Part shown: piece by piece, positions 19,773 through 30,682 of the stretch
Layout: the number at the start of each line of letters is the position of its first letter
Numbering within the stretch: the first letter of the stretch is position 1
Assembly: GCA_964558645.1 (NCBI GenBank)
Contig: CAZLEV010000005.1
Span: 128,001 to 192,000, forward strand
Reading direction: 5' to 3'
DNA from: an uncultured archaeon
Lineage (GTDB): Archaea > Asgardarchaeota > Thorarchaeia > Thorarchaeales > Thorarchaeaceae
DNA length: 64,000 bases
The notes under the pieces: generated by a model
The model's input: only the letters and a program-made list of their open reading frames with translations
The model's database searches: none
Told to the model about the DNA's origin: nothing
Program-made: the position numbers and the translations under genes

Positions 19773-20519
19773 CTAGACCGCCCCCCTCAGCTTCTTGCCG
19801 GTCAACTTGATGAAGACCTGCTCGAGGTCTGCGACATCATGCTCTTCCATCAATTCCCTTGGTGTACCCACAGCAATCAGTACTCCCTCATCGATGATAC
19901 CAACACGGTCACACAGCGAATCGGCCTCTTCCATGTAGTGGGTCGTGAGGATAATCGCCTTGCCTTTCTCCTTGAGTTCACGGATGAAGTCCCAGACAGC
20001 CCTGCGGGAAACAGGGTCCATCGAGACAGTAGGCTCGTCAAGCAGAGCGATTCGCGGATCGTGGATGAGCGCCATCACAGTACTCACTCTTCGGACCATT
20101 CCCCCGGAGTACTCGCCAGCCCTCCTGTCGGCATGGTCCTCCATGCCAATCTTCCTGATGAACTCCTCACTTCGCCCGCGGAGCATAGGTTTCGGAACTG
20201 AGTGGAACTCGCCATAGAGCTCTATGTTCTCCCGTCCGGTGAGGAAGGGATAGAAGGCGGGCTCCTGAGGGCACAGCCCAACTATCTCACGGACGCTCTC
20301 ATTGTCCTCTACCACATCAAAGTCGGCAATGGAGGCGCCTCCCCCTGTCGGTTCAAGGAGGGTGCATAGCACGTTGATTGTGGTAGTCTTACCGGCCCCG
20401 TTGGGCCCCAGGAGACCGAACAGCTCGCCCCACTTCACACTCAAGTCGAGTCCATCGACTGCCGTGATGGTATCGAACCGAACGGTCAGGTTATCAATCA
20501 CTATTGCATCTTCAGACAT
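19773..20519 (-). CDS. ABC transporter ATP-binding protein (DrrA-like)
   Basis: GPNGAGKTT, YSGGM, LLDEPT, TTHYMEEA. Confidence 0.95.
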   Translation of the reverse strand: MSEDAIVIDNLTVRFDTITAVDGLDLSVKWGELFGLLGPNGAGKTTTINVLCTLLEPTGGGASIADFDVVEDNESVREIVGLCPQEPAFYPFLTGRENIELYGEFHSVPKPMLRGRSEEFIRKIGMEDHADRRAGEYSGGMVRRVSTVMALIHDPRIALLDEPTVSMDPVSRRAVWDFIRELKEKGKAIILTTHYMEEADSLCDRVGIIDEGVLIAVGTPRELMEEHDVADLEQVFIKLTGKKLRGAV

Positions 20520-20636
20520 TGTGGTTCATGTGTATGGAGAACTCAAAGGCATATAACACGTCGACTATGTTTGGGTCACAGTGTACTTTGTGCGGCACGG
20601 TACCTTCTTACACAGGCAAGTCGGCCGCGGACGCTC

Positions 20637-21242
20637 CTACTTCAGTGGTTGGCCACAGTTGGGGCAGGTGTCCACATATGGGGAGATTCCTTTTCTGCCG
20701 CAGTGATGGCAGACCTGAGGCTGGGGCCCCTCGACTCGGGTGTACTGCACTGGACCAGTTTGGCTCTTGTTCGAAGTAGCAGTGAGGGAGGTGAATCCTG
20801 CAAACATGGCAATGACCCCTGCAAGCATGGCAGGAATGCCTCCAACCAGAATCAGACCCATGGTCCACTCGACGTGAGGCATTGAGATGGCAAGGGTGAC
20901 GATGATAACAGCAAGCCCTGTCATGCATCCACACGTGATACCATTGGCGGTCTCAGCTCGACGTTCCACCCAGCCACCACCGATGCGACGTTCAACCGTC
21001 CCTGTGATGCCGAGGCCGGTCTTGGCAAAGAAGGCCCCCACTATGAACAGGACGCCTATGAGAGGGTAGAGCCAGAGAAAGATCGATAGGTTGGAACTCA
21101 GACTCCAGTCCGTGTACCAGTCACCCGAACTTGGGATGATACTGGGCACGATAGCAACGATTCCCGTCTCGATGAACATCAGGACTGCCGCAATCAGGTA
21201 CAGCTTGTAGCTCTTGATCGATTTTACAGTGTGAATAGACAT
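20637..21242 (-). CDS. Membrane protein with C-terminal zinc ribbon
   Basis: 4 TM helices and CHHC...CPNCG. Confidence 0.75.
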   Translation of the reverse strand: MSIHTVKSIKSYKLYLIAAVLMFIETGIVAIVPSIIPSSGDWYTDWSLSSNLSIFLWLYPLIGVLFIVGAFFAKTGLGITGTVERRIGGGWVERRAETANGITCGCMTGLAVIIVTLAISMPHVEWTMGLILVGGIPAMLAGVIAMFAGFTSLTATSNKSQTGPVQYTRVEGPQPQVCHHCGRKGISPYVDTCPNCGQPLK

Positions 21243-21495
21243 GACGCAATCTCCCGAATAATGGACATATGCTACATATTATTGTGCTATTTCAGTATAT
21301 CGAGAGCGGGATGGAAATTCCACAGGACTATGCGCAATCTATTCGGACAGCATAGCCGGTTGTTGATGGATCCGGCTCGGTGTTGGACCCTAAGAAAAAG
21401 TTATATCCTATTGAACAGTATATAGGCCAAACAGTCATCCAGCATAACATGGAGTGACTGTCCAGGAGAGGTATGCCTGGTTTGTCTGGGGTTGA

Positions 21496-24228
21496 TTGCA
21501 GTTGAGTTGTATTCTTAGATATAGTAGTGTGAGATACGTTGCGTTGGTTTCTATTGCATTGATGGCCGTTGGGTTTGGCGCGGGGGCTGTTCCAAACCAT
21601 GCCCCCATCTTGGACCAACCTCGACAGAGCACATTCGGTGTTGTAGAACCTATGAGAGAGCTGTCCATGGCGGCAGCTAGCAGTACGAACGTTTCAGGAC
21701 CCATCTGGTTGCAGCGCTATGGGGGCGACGACATAGACGAGGGGCATGACGTCATCCAGTGTGCAGATGGTGGATTCTGCATAGTGGGTGAAACATGGTC
21801 GTTTGGCGCAGGCTATGCTGACATGTACGTTGTAAGAACCGATTCTGAGGGACACATGCTCTGGAACTCTACTTTTGGGTACGTACGGTTTGACCATGGC
21901 GTGGCAATCGTTGAAAGGGCGCGAGGGGACTTCATCATTGCCGGGGGGCGCCTCGACCCATCCTTTAACTTCTATGGATGGCTTGTCTGTGTGAATTCCA
22001 CCGGGGGGCATAAATGGAACAAGACTTTTACTGAGTCTTCTGGTTTCAGAGGGGTCTGTGAAACGGAGGATGGCGGAATCTTACTTGCTGGTGGAAGATC
22101 TGGCTCTGACTCTGGGGGCGATATCCACGTCATGAAGACTGACGAGAATGCCACGAAGATATGGAGCAAGTGGTTTGGAACCCTGAGAGATGACCATTGT
22201 GAGTCGCTCTATCGGTGTGCTGATGGGGGCTACTTGCTGTCGGGAATCTCATATGCCTACGAAGATGGCACACACGATGAGTCGTGGCTGTTGCGCTTGG
22301 ACTCCGATGGCATACGGAAGTGGTTCAGAGTCTATGGTACCGATGAGCACATGCGCGTCGTCGACGCAATTGAGTGTCCAGATGGTGGATATCTTGCAGT
22401 AGGTCAAACCTCAAGTCGTCTATTGCTCCTTCGCACGGACAGTTCTGGATACTACATGTGGGAAAGCACTAGTACCCTATCCAATGCAGGCCTTGGAGTT
22501 GTACCTCTGGGAACGGAGAACTATGGTGTGGCCGGGGGTTCACAGTTCTTGGTCTTCGGCAAGAACGGTGAATATCGTTGGCACTGCGGACTGAACATGT
22601 TCAGCATCTCCTCTCTAGAGAAATGCTCAAACGGGGAGTGTGTCGCCGCGGGAATGGCCTCCGATGACTGTGCCCTCTCAAGGATTCCGTGGTTGGCTTG
22701 GAATGAGACCCCCATCGATCATGCACTGGAGTATGGCTCATTCTTCCGAGCCGATCTGAATGCTACACTCAGTGCAGAGATCGATATGTGGAGCATCAAT
22801 GACACGGCCCGTTTCTCCATCGACCAGGAAGGAGTTGTCGAGAACGCGGACTTGCTGGGCGTCGGTCAATACCCTCTGCTAGTGTCCGTGAACGACACGA
22901 TCGGAAACGTCCTCTCCCAGGAGTTCACCCTGACAGTAGAGGATACAGCTGCACCCACCTGGAACGAGAGCCCCGTCGATCAGACTCTGGAGATTGGAGA
23001 ACAGTTCAGGTACGACCTGAATGCGAGTGATGCATCGGGCATCGTATACTGGGCGACAAATACAACAGGAACCTTCGAAATTGATGATGCAGGTATCATC
23101 ACCGATGCTATGCTGGTGCCTGTGGGAAGCTATGGAATACAGGTGAAGGCAAGAGACCCGTACAATAATACGCTGAGTGATGAGTTCGTCCTACGGGTTG
23201 TAGACACCCAGGCGCCTGTGTGGATACAACAACTAGATGAGGAGTATGTGTTCGCAAGTCCGGCTGAAGTCGAGCTCGCATGCTCAGCATCTGATCTCTC
23301 AGGAATTCACTCGTGGGGACTAAATGACACAGAGCGTTTCAGTTACACAAGCACCGAGCTGCACTCATCAAGCCTGTGTGTTGTATCACCCACAGGTTCA
23401 CTTGTTCCGGGGGTCTATGGCCTAAACCTGTCTGTTACTGACGCTCTTGGAAACACTGCTTGGACAGTCTGCAACGTTATCATCGGAGAGAGGGACACAA
23501 CTGCACCAACCTGGGTGGAAGAGCCCCACGACCAGATTGCTGAGTATGGAGAGGGACTGATCTACGACCTGAATGCAACCGATTCCTCGGGTCTAGATTT
23601 GTGGTGGGTGACTCCGGAACCCTATTTCGCCATCGGACAGGATGGTGTAATCAATAACGCTACTGTTCTCGAGGTCGGGACTTACTCGGTGATTGTGTCT
23701 GTCAACGATACGTACGGGAATCTTCTTCAGTCAAGCCTCACGGTGGAAGTGAAGGACACGATATCTCCTATCTGGCGCTGGAGCCCTGAGGACCAAGTCA
23801 TAGAGCATGGTGAGCTGGTCCAATACCAACTTGGGTCATGGGATCTCTCCGGTATCGGCCACTGGGGGATAAACGACACAGTGCATTTCCTTGTGGATAG
23901 TAGCGGCTGTGTGTGGTCGATCGACGCTCTGGAGCCGGGGACCTACGTTCTCCAAATCATAGTATCCGATATCTATGGCAATGAGCTGTCTGCCGTCTTT
24001 GCCGTCACAGTGAACCAACCGACAACCACCACAACCACATCAACGACGACTACGACCACCAGCACATCAACATCTACGACCAGTACGACAACAACATCTA
24101 CAACCACAACAGGCACGGAGACCGCACCACCTCTACCAGTGGAGCTCGTCTTGATTGGTATCGGCATACCCATTGCGCTGGTGGCAATGATAATCATACT
24201 AAGGTCCAGACCCAGGCTGGGCAGATAG
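21496..24228 (+). CDS. Large surface protein (beta-propeller-like repeats + Ig-like repeats, Thr-rich linker, C-terminal TM)
   Basis: Repeated 'DGG..G...TD..G..W...G' blades and 'DT.AP.W...P.DQ..E.G' repeats; start probably GTG ~21529. Confidence 0.8.
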   Translation: MQLSCILRYSSVRYVALVSIALMAVGFGAGAVPNHAPILDQPRQSTFGVVEPMRELSMAAASSTNVSGPIWLQRYGGDDIDEGHDVIQCADGGFCIVGETWSFGAGYADMYVVRTDSEGHMLWNSTFGYVRFDHGVAIVERARGDFIIAGGRLDPSFNFYGWLVCVNSTGGHKWNKTFTESSGFRGVCETEDGGILLAGGRSGSDSGGDIHVMKTDENATKIWSKWFGTLRDDHCESLYRCADGGYLLSGISYAYEDGTHDESWLLRLDSDGIRKWFRVYGTDEHMRVVDAIECPDGGYLAVGQTSSRLLLLRTDSSGYYMWESTSTLSNAGLGVVPLGTENYGVAGGSQFLVFGKNGEYRWHCGLNMFSISSLEKCSNGECVAAGMASDDCALSRIPWLAWNETPIDHALEYGSFFRADLNATLSAEIDMWSINDTARFSIDQEGVVENADLLGVGQYPLLVSVNDTIGNVLSQEFTLTVEDTAAPTWNESPVDQTLEIGEQFRYDLNASDASGIVYWATNTTGTFEIDDAGIITDAMLVPVGSYGIQVKARDPYNNTLSDEFVLRVVDTQAPVWIQQLDEEYVFASPAEVELACSASDLSGIHSWGLNDTERFSYTSTELHSSSLCVVSPTGSLVPGVYGLNLSVTDALGNTAWTVCNVIIGERDTTAPTWVEEPHDQIAEYGEGLIYDLNATDSSGLDLWWVTPEPYFAIGQDGVINNATVLEVGTYSVIVSVNDTYGNLLQSSLTVEVKDTISPIWRWSPEDQVIEHGELVQYQLGSWDLSGIGHWGINDTVHFLVDSSGCVWSIDALEPGTYVLQIIVSDIYGNELSAVFAVTVNQPTTTTTTSTTTTTTSTSTSTTSTTTTSTTTTGTETAPPLPVELVLIGIGIPIALVAMIIILRSRPRLGR

Positions 24229-24297
24229 CAAGATGCTTGACGACCGACGACAAGCTCTCCGGTGTGCATAGAGTCAGAGCCCAGAAGGTAATAATCG

Positions 24298-25176
24298 ATG
24301 ATTCCTACAGAACCATTTGGCCGCACAGGTCGCAATAGCACGCGCATCATCTTCGGCGGGTATGCTCTGAGCGAGGCAACGCAAGAAGAGGCGAATCGTG
24401 TTCTCGAAATGCTGTTAGAGCATGGAGTCAACCATATCGACATGGCACCCATGTACGGAGAAGCTGAGAAACGCATTGCTCCGTGGATGGACACACACCG
24501 CGCTGAGTTCTTCCTCGCAACCAAGTCCAGGAAGCGCTCATACGAGGGCGCATGGAAAGATTTGAAGACCTCGTTGAGCACCTTAGGCGTTGACTCTGTA
24601 GACCTCTGGCAGATGCATGGTCTGACGAATCCCGTTGGCTGGGAGAAGGCAATGGGACCGGGTGGTGCTCTGGAGGCATTCATCGAGGCACGCGACCAGG
24701 GGCTCGTCCGGTTTCTGGGCGTGACAGCTCATGGCGACAAGGCGGCTGCCATGCACAGGCAGAGTCTGGAACGGTTCGATTTTGACAGTATCCTGCTGCC
24801 ATACAACTACTTGCAGATGCAGAATGTCCGGTATGCAGATGACTTCCGTGGACTAGTCGAAACGTGCCGCAACCGGAATGTGGCAATACAGACCATCAAG
24901 TCCCTGGTCCGACGGCCATGGGGGACCCGTACTCAGAACTACACCACCTACTTCTATGAACCGCTCGACACCCAGAACGCCATTGACAAGGCGGTCCACT
25001 GGTCTCTGGGCCTATCCGACAGCTTTGTGATCACGGCAGGTGACATGCAGCTTCTACCCAAGATTCTAGATGCAGCCAATCGCTTTGAGAGACCACCATC
25101 TGATGCGGAGATGAACACGATGGTCGATGAGCTCCAGATGGACACAATAATCTGCAGTGTAAGAGACTTCCGATAA
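24298..25176 (+). CDS. Aldo/keto reductase
   Basis: FGRTG, ID.APMYG.AE, ATK, SL..LGVD.VDLWQMH, GLVRFLGVT. Confidence 0.9.
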   Translation: MIPTEPFGRTGRNSTRIIFGGYALSEATQEEANRVLEMLLEHGVNHIDMAPMYGEAEKRIAPWMDTHRAEFFLATKSRKRSYEGAWKDLKTSLSTLGVDSVDLWQMHGLTNPVGWEKAMGPGGALEAFIEARDQGLVRFLGVTAHGDKAAAMHRQSLERFDFDSILLPYNYLQMQNVRYADDFRGLVETCRNRNVAIQTIKSLVRRPWGTRTQNYTTYFYEPLDTQNAIDKAVHWSLGLSDSFVITAGDMQLLPKILDAANRFERPPSDAEMNTMVDELQMDTIICSVRDFR

Positions 25177-25225
25177 ATTGTGCAAGATTGATTAGGAAGC
25201 TCAGGCGTACACTACTTCTGGCGAG

Positions 25226-26350
25226 TTGAGTCGGATGGACAAAAGCAGCCAGGAAACCAGATTCACGATGCATCCAGTGACCACTGCGCTCACCAGAGGG
25301 CCACTGCAGCTTACATCCTCCATGCTTCTTGTAGGCATTCTCACGTATGCAGGATTCGCCTTCATTGCTCTGTTCACAGGAGAGATAGCACAGCTGTTCT
25401 TCTCCTTCATGCACCTAGTCCAGTTGGATTTCTCCCTGCTCATCACGATTGGACTCTTCTTTCTCTATGACTACTTCAGGAAGCTCGACGAAACGCTCAG
25501 AGAGATACGCTATGTCTTTGTCATCGGGGATGAGGAGTACGAGAAATATCTTGAGAATGTGAGTAATAGGATGGGTAGCCCTCGAGGATTCATGTTAGGG
25601 CTGCCTTTCATTGCTCTCGGGCTGGCTTCGATTGCCTTCTTTGTAATGCCGACAATGCCCAATCCCCTGTTCCCTGTTGGGTCATTATCTCCTGTCTGGC
25701 TGTACCTGTCCTTCGAGTTCGTCTTCATAATGCTTCCACTTTTCGGAGTTGCCATCTGGCTAGGTGTCGTTGTAATGTCCGTTGCCAAGGACATCGGCCG
25801 GAAACTGGAGATCTCCGTCACGCCAATATCCCCGGATCGGGCGGGGGGACTCGTATCCTTCTCCGATGTGCTTCTGAGGGGAGTGTTCATGTATTCCCTC
25901 CTCCTCATGCTGTTGATTCCCGTGTTTGTCTACCTTGTGCAATACCTGAGTGCCACCAGTCCGATACTAGCCTTGGTCCCCTCGGCAGGATTGGCTCTGG
26001 CAATCGTAACCATAGGCATATTCTTTCTTGTGCCTCAGTACTATATTCACAGTATTCTGGAGGATGAGAAGAAGAAACACCTGGCCCAAGTCAGCGAGGA
26101 GGTCAACACGGTCCTGTCCAACATCCGGAGTATGCTTGCATCCGCCCCATCAAGCTCTGATATCCCATCTCAGCAACTCACGCTCGTAAGCCTTCAGCTC
26201 ACAACGCTCTTTGAACAAGTGGAGAAGATGAAGACGTGGCCCTCAACCCTGTGGATTGCAACCAAGGCGATCAGTTCCTTGGTTCTCATTCTGGTCACCT
26301 TCTTCATCAATCAACTACTGATACTGTACTTCGAAGCGGTCTTAGGGTAG
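25226..26350 (+). CDS. Multi-pass membrane protein of unknown function
   Basis: 374 aa, ~7 TM, PDRAGGL motif. Confidence 0.75.
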   Translation: MSRMDKSSQETRFTMHPVTTALTRGPLQLTSSMLLVGILTYAGFAFIALFTGEIAQLFFSFMHLVQLDFSLLITIGLFFLYDYFRKLDETLREIRYVFVIGDEEYEKYLENVSNRMGSPRGFMLGLPFIALGLASIAFFVMPTMPNPLFPVGSLSPVWLYLSFEFVFIMLPLFGVAIWLGVVVMSVAKDIGRKLEISVTPISPDRAGGLVSFSDVLLRGVFMYSLLLMLLIPVFVYLVQYLSATSPILALVPSAGLALAIVTIGIFFLVPQYYIHSILEDEKKKHLAQVSEEVNTVLSNIRSMLASAPSSSDIPSQQLTLVSLQLTTLFEQVEKMKTWPSTLWIATKAISSLVLILVTFFINQLLILYFEAVLG

Positions 26351-26398
26351 GAATCTGGCCAGTCCAAAAGGAACCACGTGGACATTCGATACCCATAC

Positions 26399-27223
26399 TC
26401 AGACTGCATCAGGGTGGCAGGAGAATGAAACCATCGCCTTCTTCATGAGGTTCTCCGCAACCTCCTTTGCATAGGCCGCCGCGGCCACGAATATATAATA
26501 GAATCGCCCGGACTTCTCACAATCGAGGAGCAGCATTCTGTTCAGAACGGTGAACCCGATGTCATTGGCACTGTAAGCATGAGAGCCGCCAACGAATTCA
26601 GCCCGGTGCCCCATGATATCAATCTCTCCTGTTTCAGTGACCTGGAAGTCTATCTCTGATTTAAGTTGGTCAAGCTGCCGATGAGATGCCGCCTCTGCCT
26701 TTGACCGTTGCTGATACCACTGGATGACTAGTCGGGTGTAGTACTGTTTCTCGATGTCGGCAAGAGAGATCTGCCCAGAGGTGTGGTCGCCCACGACATC
26801 GAGCACTTCCCACCTAAATGATGCATCGAAAGAGATGCCCACCCAGTCCGGAACTGAAAGCCCTTGAGATTCTTCATCTATGATCCCCTCTTCCTGCTCA
26901 GATATCACAGGGCCGGGAGGCTCCTGTGTGTGCAGGTCGCTCTGTTTCATCGCAGAACATGTAATCAGTACCAGCAATGCAGCACTCAGAAGGAATCCAA
27001 TCTGGAAGTTAATAGAGTGAACTACAGAGAGACACAGGGAGTGGTATTGCGGCGCCCCTGCTTCGGGTATGAGAGTTGTGAAGAGCATCACCAGTGCGCC
27101 GACACCTAGCAGCCGGGGAGGCAAATGCATACCACCGTCGTCGCCAGTCATACTTCCGACCCCAGATGAGGTCGGGGTTTGAGAGTATAAGCGTTTCTTG
27201 CACAAAGCTTGGAGGAAAAGCAC
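26399..27223 (-). CDS. Hypothetical membrane-anchored protein
   Basis: Two N-terminal hydrophobic segments and soluble C-domain; start uncertain (likely MTGDD or later). Confidence 0.6.
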   Translation of the reverse strand: MLFLQALCKKRLYSQTPTSSGVGSMTGDDGGMHLPPRLLGVGALVMLFTTLIPEAGAPQYHSLCLSVVHSINFQIGFLLSAALLVLITCSAMKQSDLHTQEPPGPVISEQEEGIIDEESQGLSVPDWVGISFDASFRWEVLDVVGDHTSGQISLADIEKQYYTRLVIQWYQQRSKAEAASHRQLDQLKSEIDFQVTETGEIDIMGHRAEFVGGSHAYSANDIGFTVLNRMLLLDCEKSGRFYYIFVAAAAYAKEVAENLMKKAMVSFSCHPDAV

Positions 27224-27401
27224 TGATTACCACCAGTGAGACTATGTCCGGCACCCGGAGGCCCAAACTCTATTTTGGTTTCTTTTGCGGATAACATATA
27301 TCGCACTACGAGGATAGTCACTGAGAGTGAGGGTATTCAATATGAATGGGATATACTTCGCTATTCCAGACTTGATGGACAGATTCCGTAGATCGAGGTT
27401 C

Positions 27402-27923
27402 ATGATTGATGTGCTGAACAAGAACTTCCTAGCCTCTACCGCAGACCTCGACATCGTGAACTTCGTTGAGATGGATGATGACGAGTTTCTGGATGAGATC
27501 GAGAAGTTCCTCCTTCGAGCAGTCCCTCTTGATAAGAAAATTGTGACGCCCGTCCTCGAACGGAATCCGGTTGATGATATCAGAAGTCTGTTCAAGAACG
27601 CGTTCACTGAGGACTATTCTGAGTGGGACCTCCTCGAAGAGGCTCTTCGCCTAGAAGGTGCCGATGTCCACTTTGCCTCCACAGTCCTCTTCCTGGCTAC
27701 GCAGGGACGATGCATCATGTACCACGATCATCTCTATCACGCACTCAGCCAGCTCTATCCGGGAGAGTTTGATGCAGAGTTTGAGATACCAACGGACCCG
27801 CTGTCATACTACCGACTTCTGTTCTACTGCTATGCGCTAGCGGAAACCTACGAGTTCCGAAGCATGAGTGAACTCTACCACTTCCTGTGGTATGGGCATC
27901 ACACGAACTGGGAATTCGACTGA
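27402..27923 (+). CDS. Hypothetical acidic helical protein; candidate ancestral convergent neighbour of nrdD
   Basis: ATG 27402 preceded by GAGGT; stop lies 34 nt from the most distal nrdD 3'-end copy. Confidence 0.7.
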   Translation: MIDVLNKNFLASTADLDIVNFVEMDDDEFLDEIEKFLLRAVPLDKKIVTPVLERNPVDDIRSLFKNAFTEDYSEWDLLEEALRLEGADVHFASTVLFLATQGRCIMYHDHLYHALSQLYPGEFDAEFEIPTDPLSYYRLLFYCYALAETYEFRSMSELYHFLWYGHHTNWEFD

Positions 27924-27957
27924 TGATGGCTCAGAGTGGTTGGTCCAATCTGCACGT

Positions 27958-27986
27958 CTAGCCAGTCAGGCTGCATCCGTGCCTGT
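27958..27986 (-). repeat. Displaced nrdD 3'-end copy 1 (most decayed)
   Basis: ctagccagtcaggctgcatccgtgcctgt vs nrdD ctacccagtcaggctatatctgtgcctgt; reads RHGCSLTG*. Confidence 0.8.
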
Positions 27987-28068
27987 GCAGCAACCTTGAT
28001 TCATATGTCCATTGTATCTCAAAGGCCACTGTCTACTGGTACTTCAGAGACTTGCTCAGTGTCTTGCA

Positions 28069-28983
28069 TCAACGTCTTCCTCTGGCCCAACGGAACACGA
28101 GAGCGATGCAGAGTGCTGCTAAGACTATACCCCCTACAGGAACCAACGGATGGATACTCGCCCCATCAAGAGGCGGTGGCGGGCCTGCCTCGATCTTAAT
28201 GACCTCTCCCTCAGGAGTCACAGAGAAGACTATCTCAGTCTCACTCGTCACAACGTCAAACGGCCCATGAGGAAAGACAGATTGCTGAATATACCTGTAC
28301 GTAGCAATCTCCCAGTGGATCCCGGCCAGTAGCGCGTCCGCGTTGTCATGGCTCCAAATGGTAGTGAAAGCGTCCCAGCACCAAAAGGTGGTCCCGGTGT
28401 AGTTGTATGACCAGAGATATGCGACAAAAGGTGATTCTGTTTCCCAATGTGGCTCTGTCCATGACATCACTCTCAGACCCAAGGTCTGGTTCATTTCCAT
28501 GACAGAACGCAGAGATAATTTCAGGGAATCTATCGGCGCATCCAGACCAATATCAATCACCGAGGTGACTCCAGTCATCTCCGTGCGATTAAACGTACAT
28601 TCAATTATCAAGTTGGAGTAACTGCTCTCGTTGAGTGCAACCAATGATATATGGCGCGTATCGTAGGAGAAGGGGCCCTGAGGGTAGGTTTTTCGCATGA
28701 AAGCAAGACACTCATGATGCTCCTCAATGAAAGCAACGATGTCTGGATTATCGAGGAGAAGAGGGTAGTTCTCTGCAATGCGCTGCTCGACTTGCTGCCT
28801 TATCACAAGTACATCCCGGCCATCCACATCAAGAGTGAGATTTGATGCCTGTGAAGAGCTGCCGATTCGAGGCAGAGAGGGACAGTTGGATTCGGCAGAC
28901 AAATGGCAGCCATAGCTTGAAAATGGCGAACTCATGAGGAGTGCTAGTAGCACGATGCATGATAATGCACTCTTCAATCTCAA
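28069..28983 (-). CDS. Secreted, C-terminally anchored partner protein (paralogue of 36591..37559)
   Basis: Signal peptide, C-terminal TM; shared motifs LWS.NYTG..FW, W.H..AD..LA..HWE, VFSV...G..I. Confidence 0.8.
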   Translation of the reverse strand: MRLKSALSCIVLLALLMSSPFSSYGCHLSAESNCPSLPRIGSSSQASNLTLDVDGRDVLVIRQQVEQRIAENYPLLLDNPDIVAFIEEHHECLAFMRKTYPQGPFSYDTRHISLVALNESSYSNLIIECTFNRTEMTGVTSVIDIGLDAPIDSLKLSLRSVMEMNQTLGLRVMSWTEPHWETESPFVAYLWSYNYTGTTFWCWDAFTTIWSHDNADALLAGIHWEIATYRYIQQSVFPHGPFDVVTSETEIVFSVTPEGEVIKIEAGPPPPLDGASIHPLVPVGGIVLAALCIALVFRWARGRR

Positions 28984-28988
28984 GCACC

Positions 28989-30332
28989 TCAGTATTGATT
29001 CGGTCCATCGTATTCAACGTAGTAGTAGAAGTCGAGCTTCCAGTGGAGTCGTCCGTTGTAGTTCCCACCATCATAAACAGGGTCACTATCATAATGCGCA
29101 TCATCGGCTCCGGAGTAGATTCGAATACAATCAAAGGAATACGCATTGAGCCAATAGAACCAGGGCATATCGAAAAGACTTCCCGTTGGGTCGCAGTGCT
29201 TCCATGTGCCGCTCACATATACCTCGCACCATGCGTGACCGAACTTTTCCCCGAGATGATATCCGTATCCCAATATATATCTACACGGGATGTTGAGCAC
29301 CCTGAGAAACGAAAGGAGTACGACGGAAAACTCGTCACACACACCGCGCCAATTGGAGTTGTACGAAAACATGTCAGAGTTAGTCGTTTCCCAATAGCAA
29401 CTCGCATCATCATAGGTCATTAGAGAGTGTACTGCACTCGTGAGAACCTCGGCGGAGTATTCGGGATAACTGATCTTGTCGTCAACCAGATAGCCAGCCT
29501 GATATAGTATCGGCTCCCACATCGGATGAAATAACGAACATGAATCCGATATTGAGTAACCATCATTAGGTAGGCCCTCCCAGTAGTAGTTCGGGTTTCC
29601 TGACTCTACAGTCATGCTATCGCTAGGAGGCAGGCCTCCGTAGGTCTGTAAATCAGCCAGACCATAGCGTGCAACGAACTCATAGTCCCAATTCCAACCT
29701 CGGGATATCCAGTCCCAAGACATCCCTGGAGCCGCTTCAGGTTCCACAGTTGTTACTCCATATGGCACTATACTCCCGCTCTTGTAGTAGGCCTTGCCAG
29801 ATACTTGTACCTCGGCCCGCTTCAGCCCAACAGAATAGGAGGAAGAGAGATAGCACGCCAATGAATACTCGTCAGTTGGGCCGTCAATCCTGACATTCGA
29901 GGCGGATGAATAGACCTCTCTCTGCTCACCACCATCACCATCATGGTCAAAGCCCTCGAATACGAAGTCAAGATCTGCATAGACGTAGCCGTCCATATAT
30001 ACGTCAAACTGAACGTAGAAATACTGGGTCCTGGTCCAAAGAGATGGGACAGTCACTACAATGGTGATACTTCGTCCGTAGCTCTCTACCATCTGCCCCT
30101 GAGGTTCACGGAGTGTCCTCACTGAAACAACTGATCCATCCTCCAACCTAGTCATATTCGGCGTTGTCAGAGGCATTTCAAAATGCTCGATATCACGCGA
30201 ATCTCTATTGTCTGCTGTCCCAGATAAGGGAGATCCCATCGGAATTGGGGCTGCCTGCACTATGACAGTGAAATTGACTCCCATCCCAAACACTATAAGA
30301 AGCATTACCACTACTGTAAGATGTTTCTTCAT
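28989..30332 (-). CDS. Secreted transglutaminase-like (papain-fold) protein, copy A
   Basis: GVCDEFS, HAWCEV, CDPT triad; signal peptide after MKKHL. Confidence 0.9.
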   Translation of the reverse strand: MKKHLTVVVMLLIVFGMGVNFTVIVQAAPIPMGSPLSGTADNRDSRDIEHFEMPLTTPNMTRLEDGSVVSVRTLREPQGQMVESYGRSITIVVTVPSLWTRTQYFYVQFDVYMDGYVYADLDFVFEGFDHDGDGGEQREVYSSASNVRIDGPTDEYSLACYLSSSYSVGLKRAEVQVSGKAYYKSGSIVPYGVTTVEPEAAPGMSWDWISRGWNWDYEFVARYGLADLQTYGGLPPSDSMTVESGNPNYYWEGLPNDGYSISDSCSLFHPMWEPILYQAGYLVDDKISYPEYSAEVLTSAVHSLMTYDDASCYWETTNSDMFSYNSNWRGVCDEFSVVLLSFLRVLNIPCRYILGYGYHLGEKFGHAWCEVYVSGTWKHCDPTGSLFDMPWFYWLNAYSFDCIRIYSGADDAHYDSDPVYDGGNYNGRLHWKLDFYYYVEYDGPNQY

Positions 30333-30682
30333 GCGAATCCACCACGAATTCGTCAAATAATATGCCGATACTTGCAATAAATCTTTCGGGGCATCAAGCA
30401 TACGTCGGTCAGCAACTCTGTGGTGACGAGGTTATCCCATGGCCAGCATACCGCCCTTTCTTACCAACGAAGACATCAATGACATTGGCCCTATCTAGTG
30501 CATCAGGTCGATGAATCGGTTGAGAAGTGTCGATAGCCCCTACCAGAGGAGCTATTTCTCTGTTACTAACTACTTGCATCTGGAGGGGAGATGGCGTTGT
30601 ACTGATGGGGTTCTCTCCATCAAAGTTTTATGGCCTCTTCTCCATCCTCAACACAAGATAGCCGGAATTAGGGGGAATTCAA

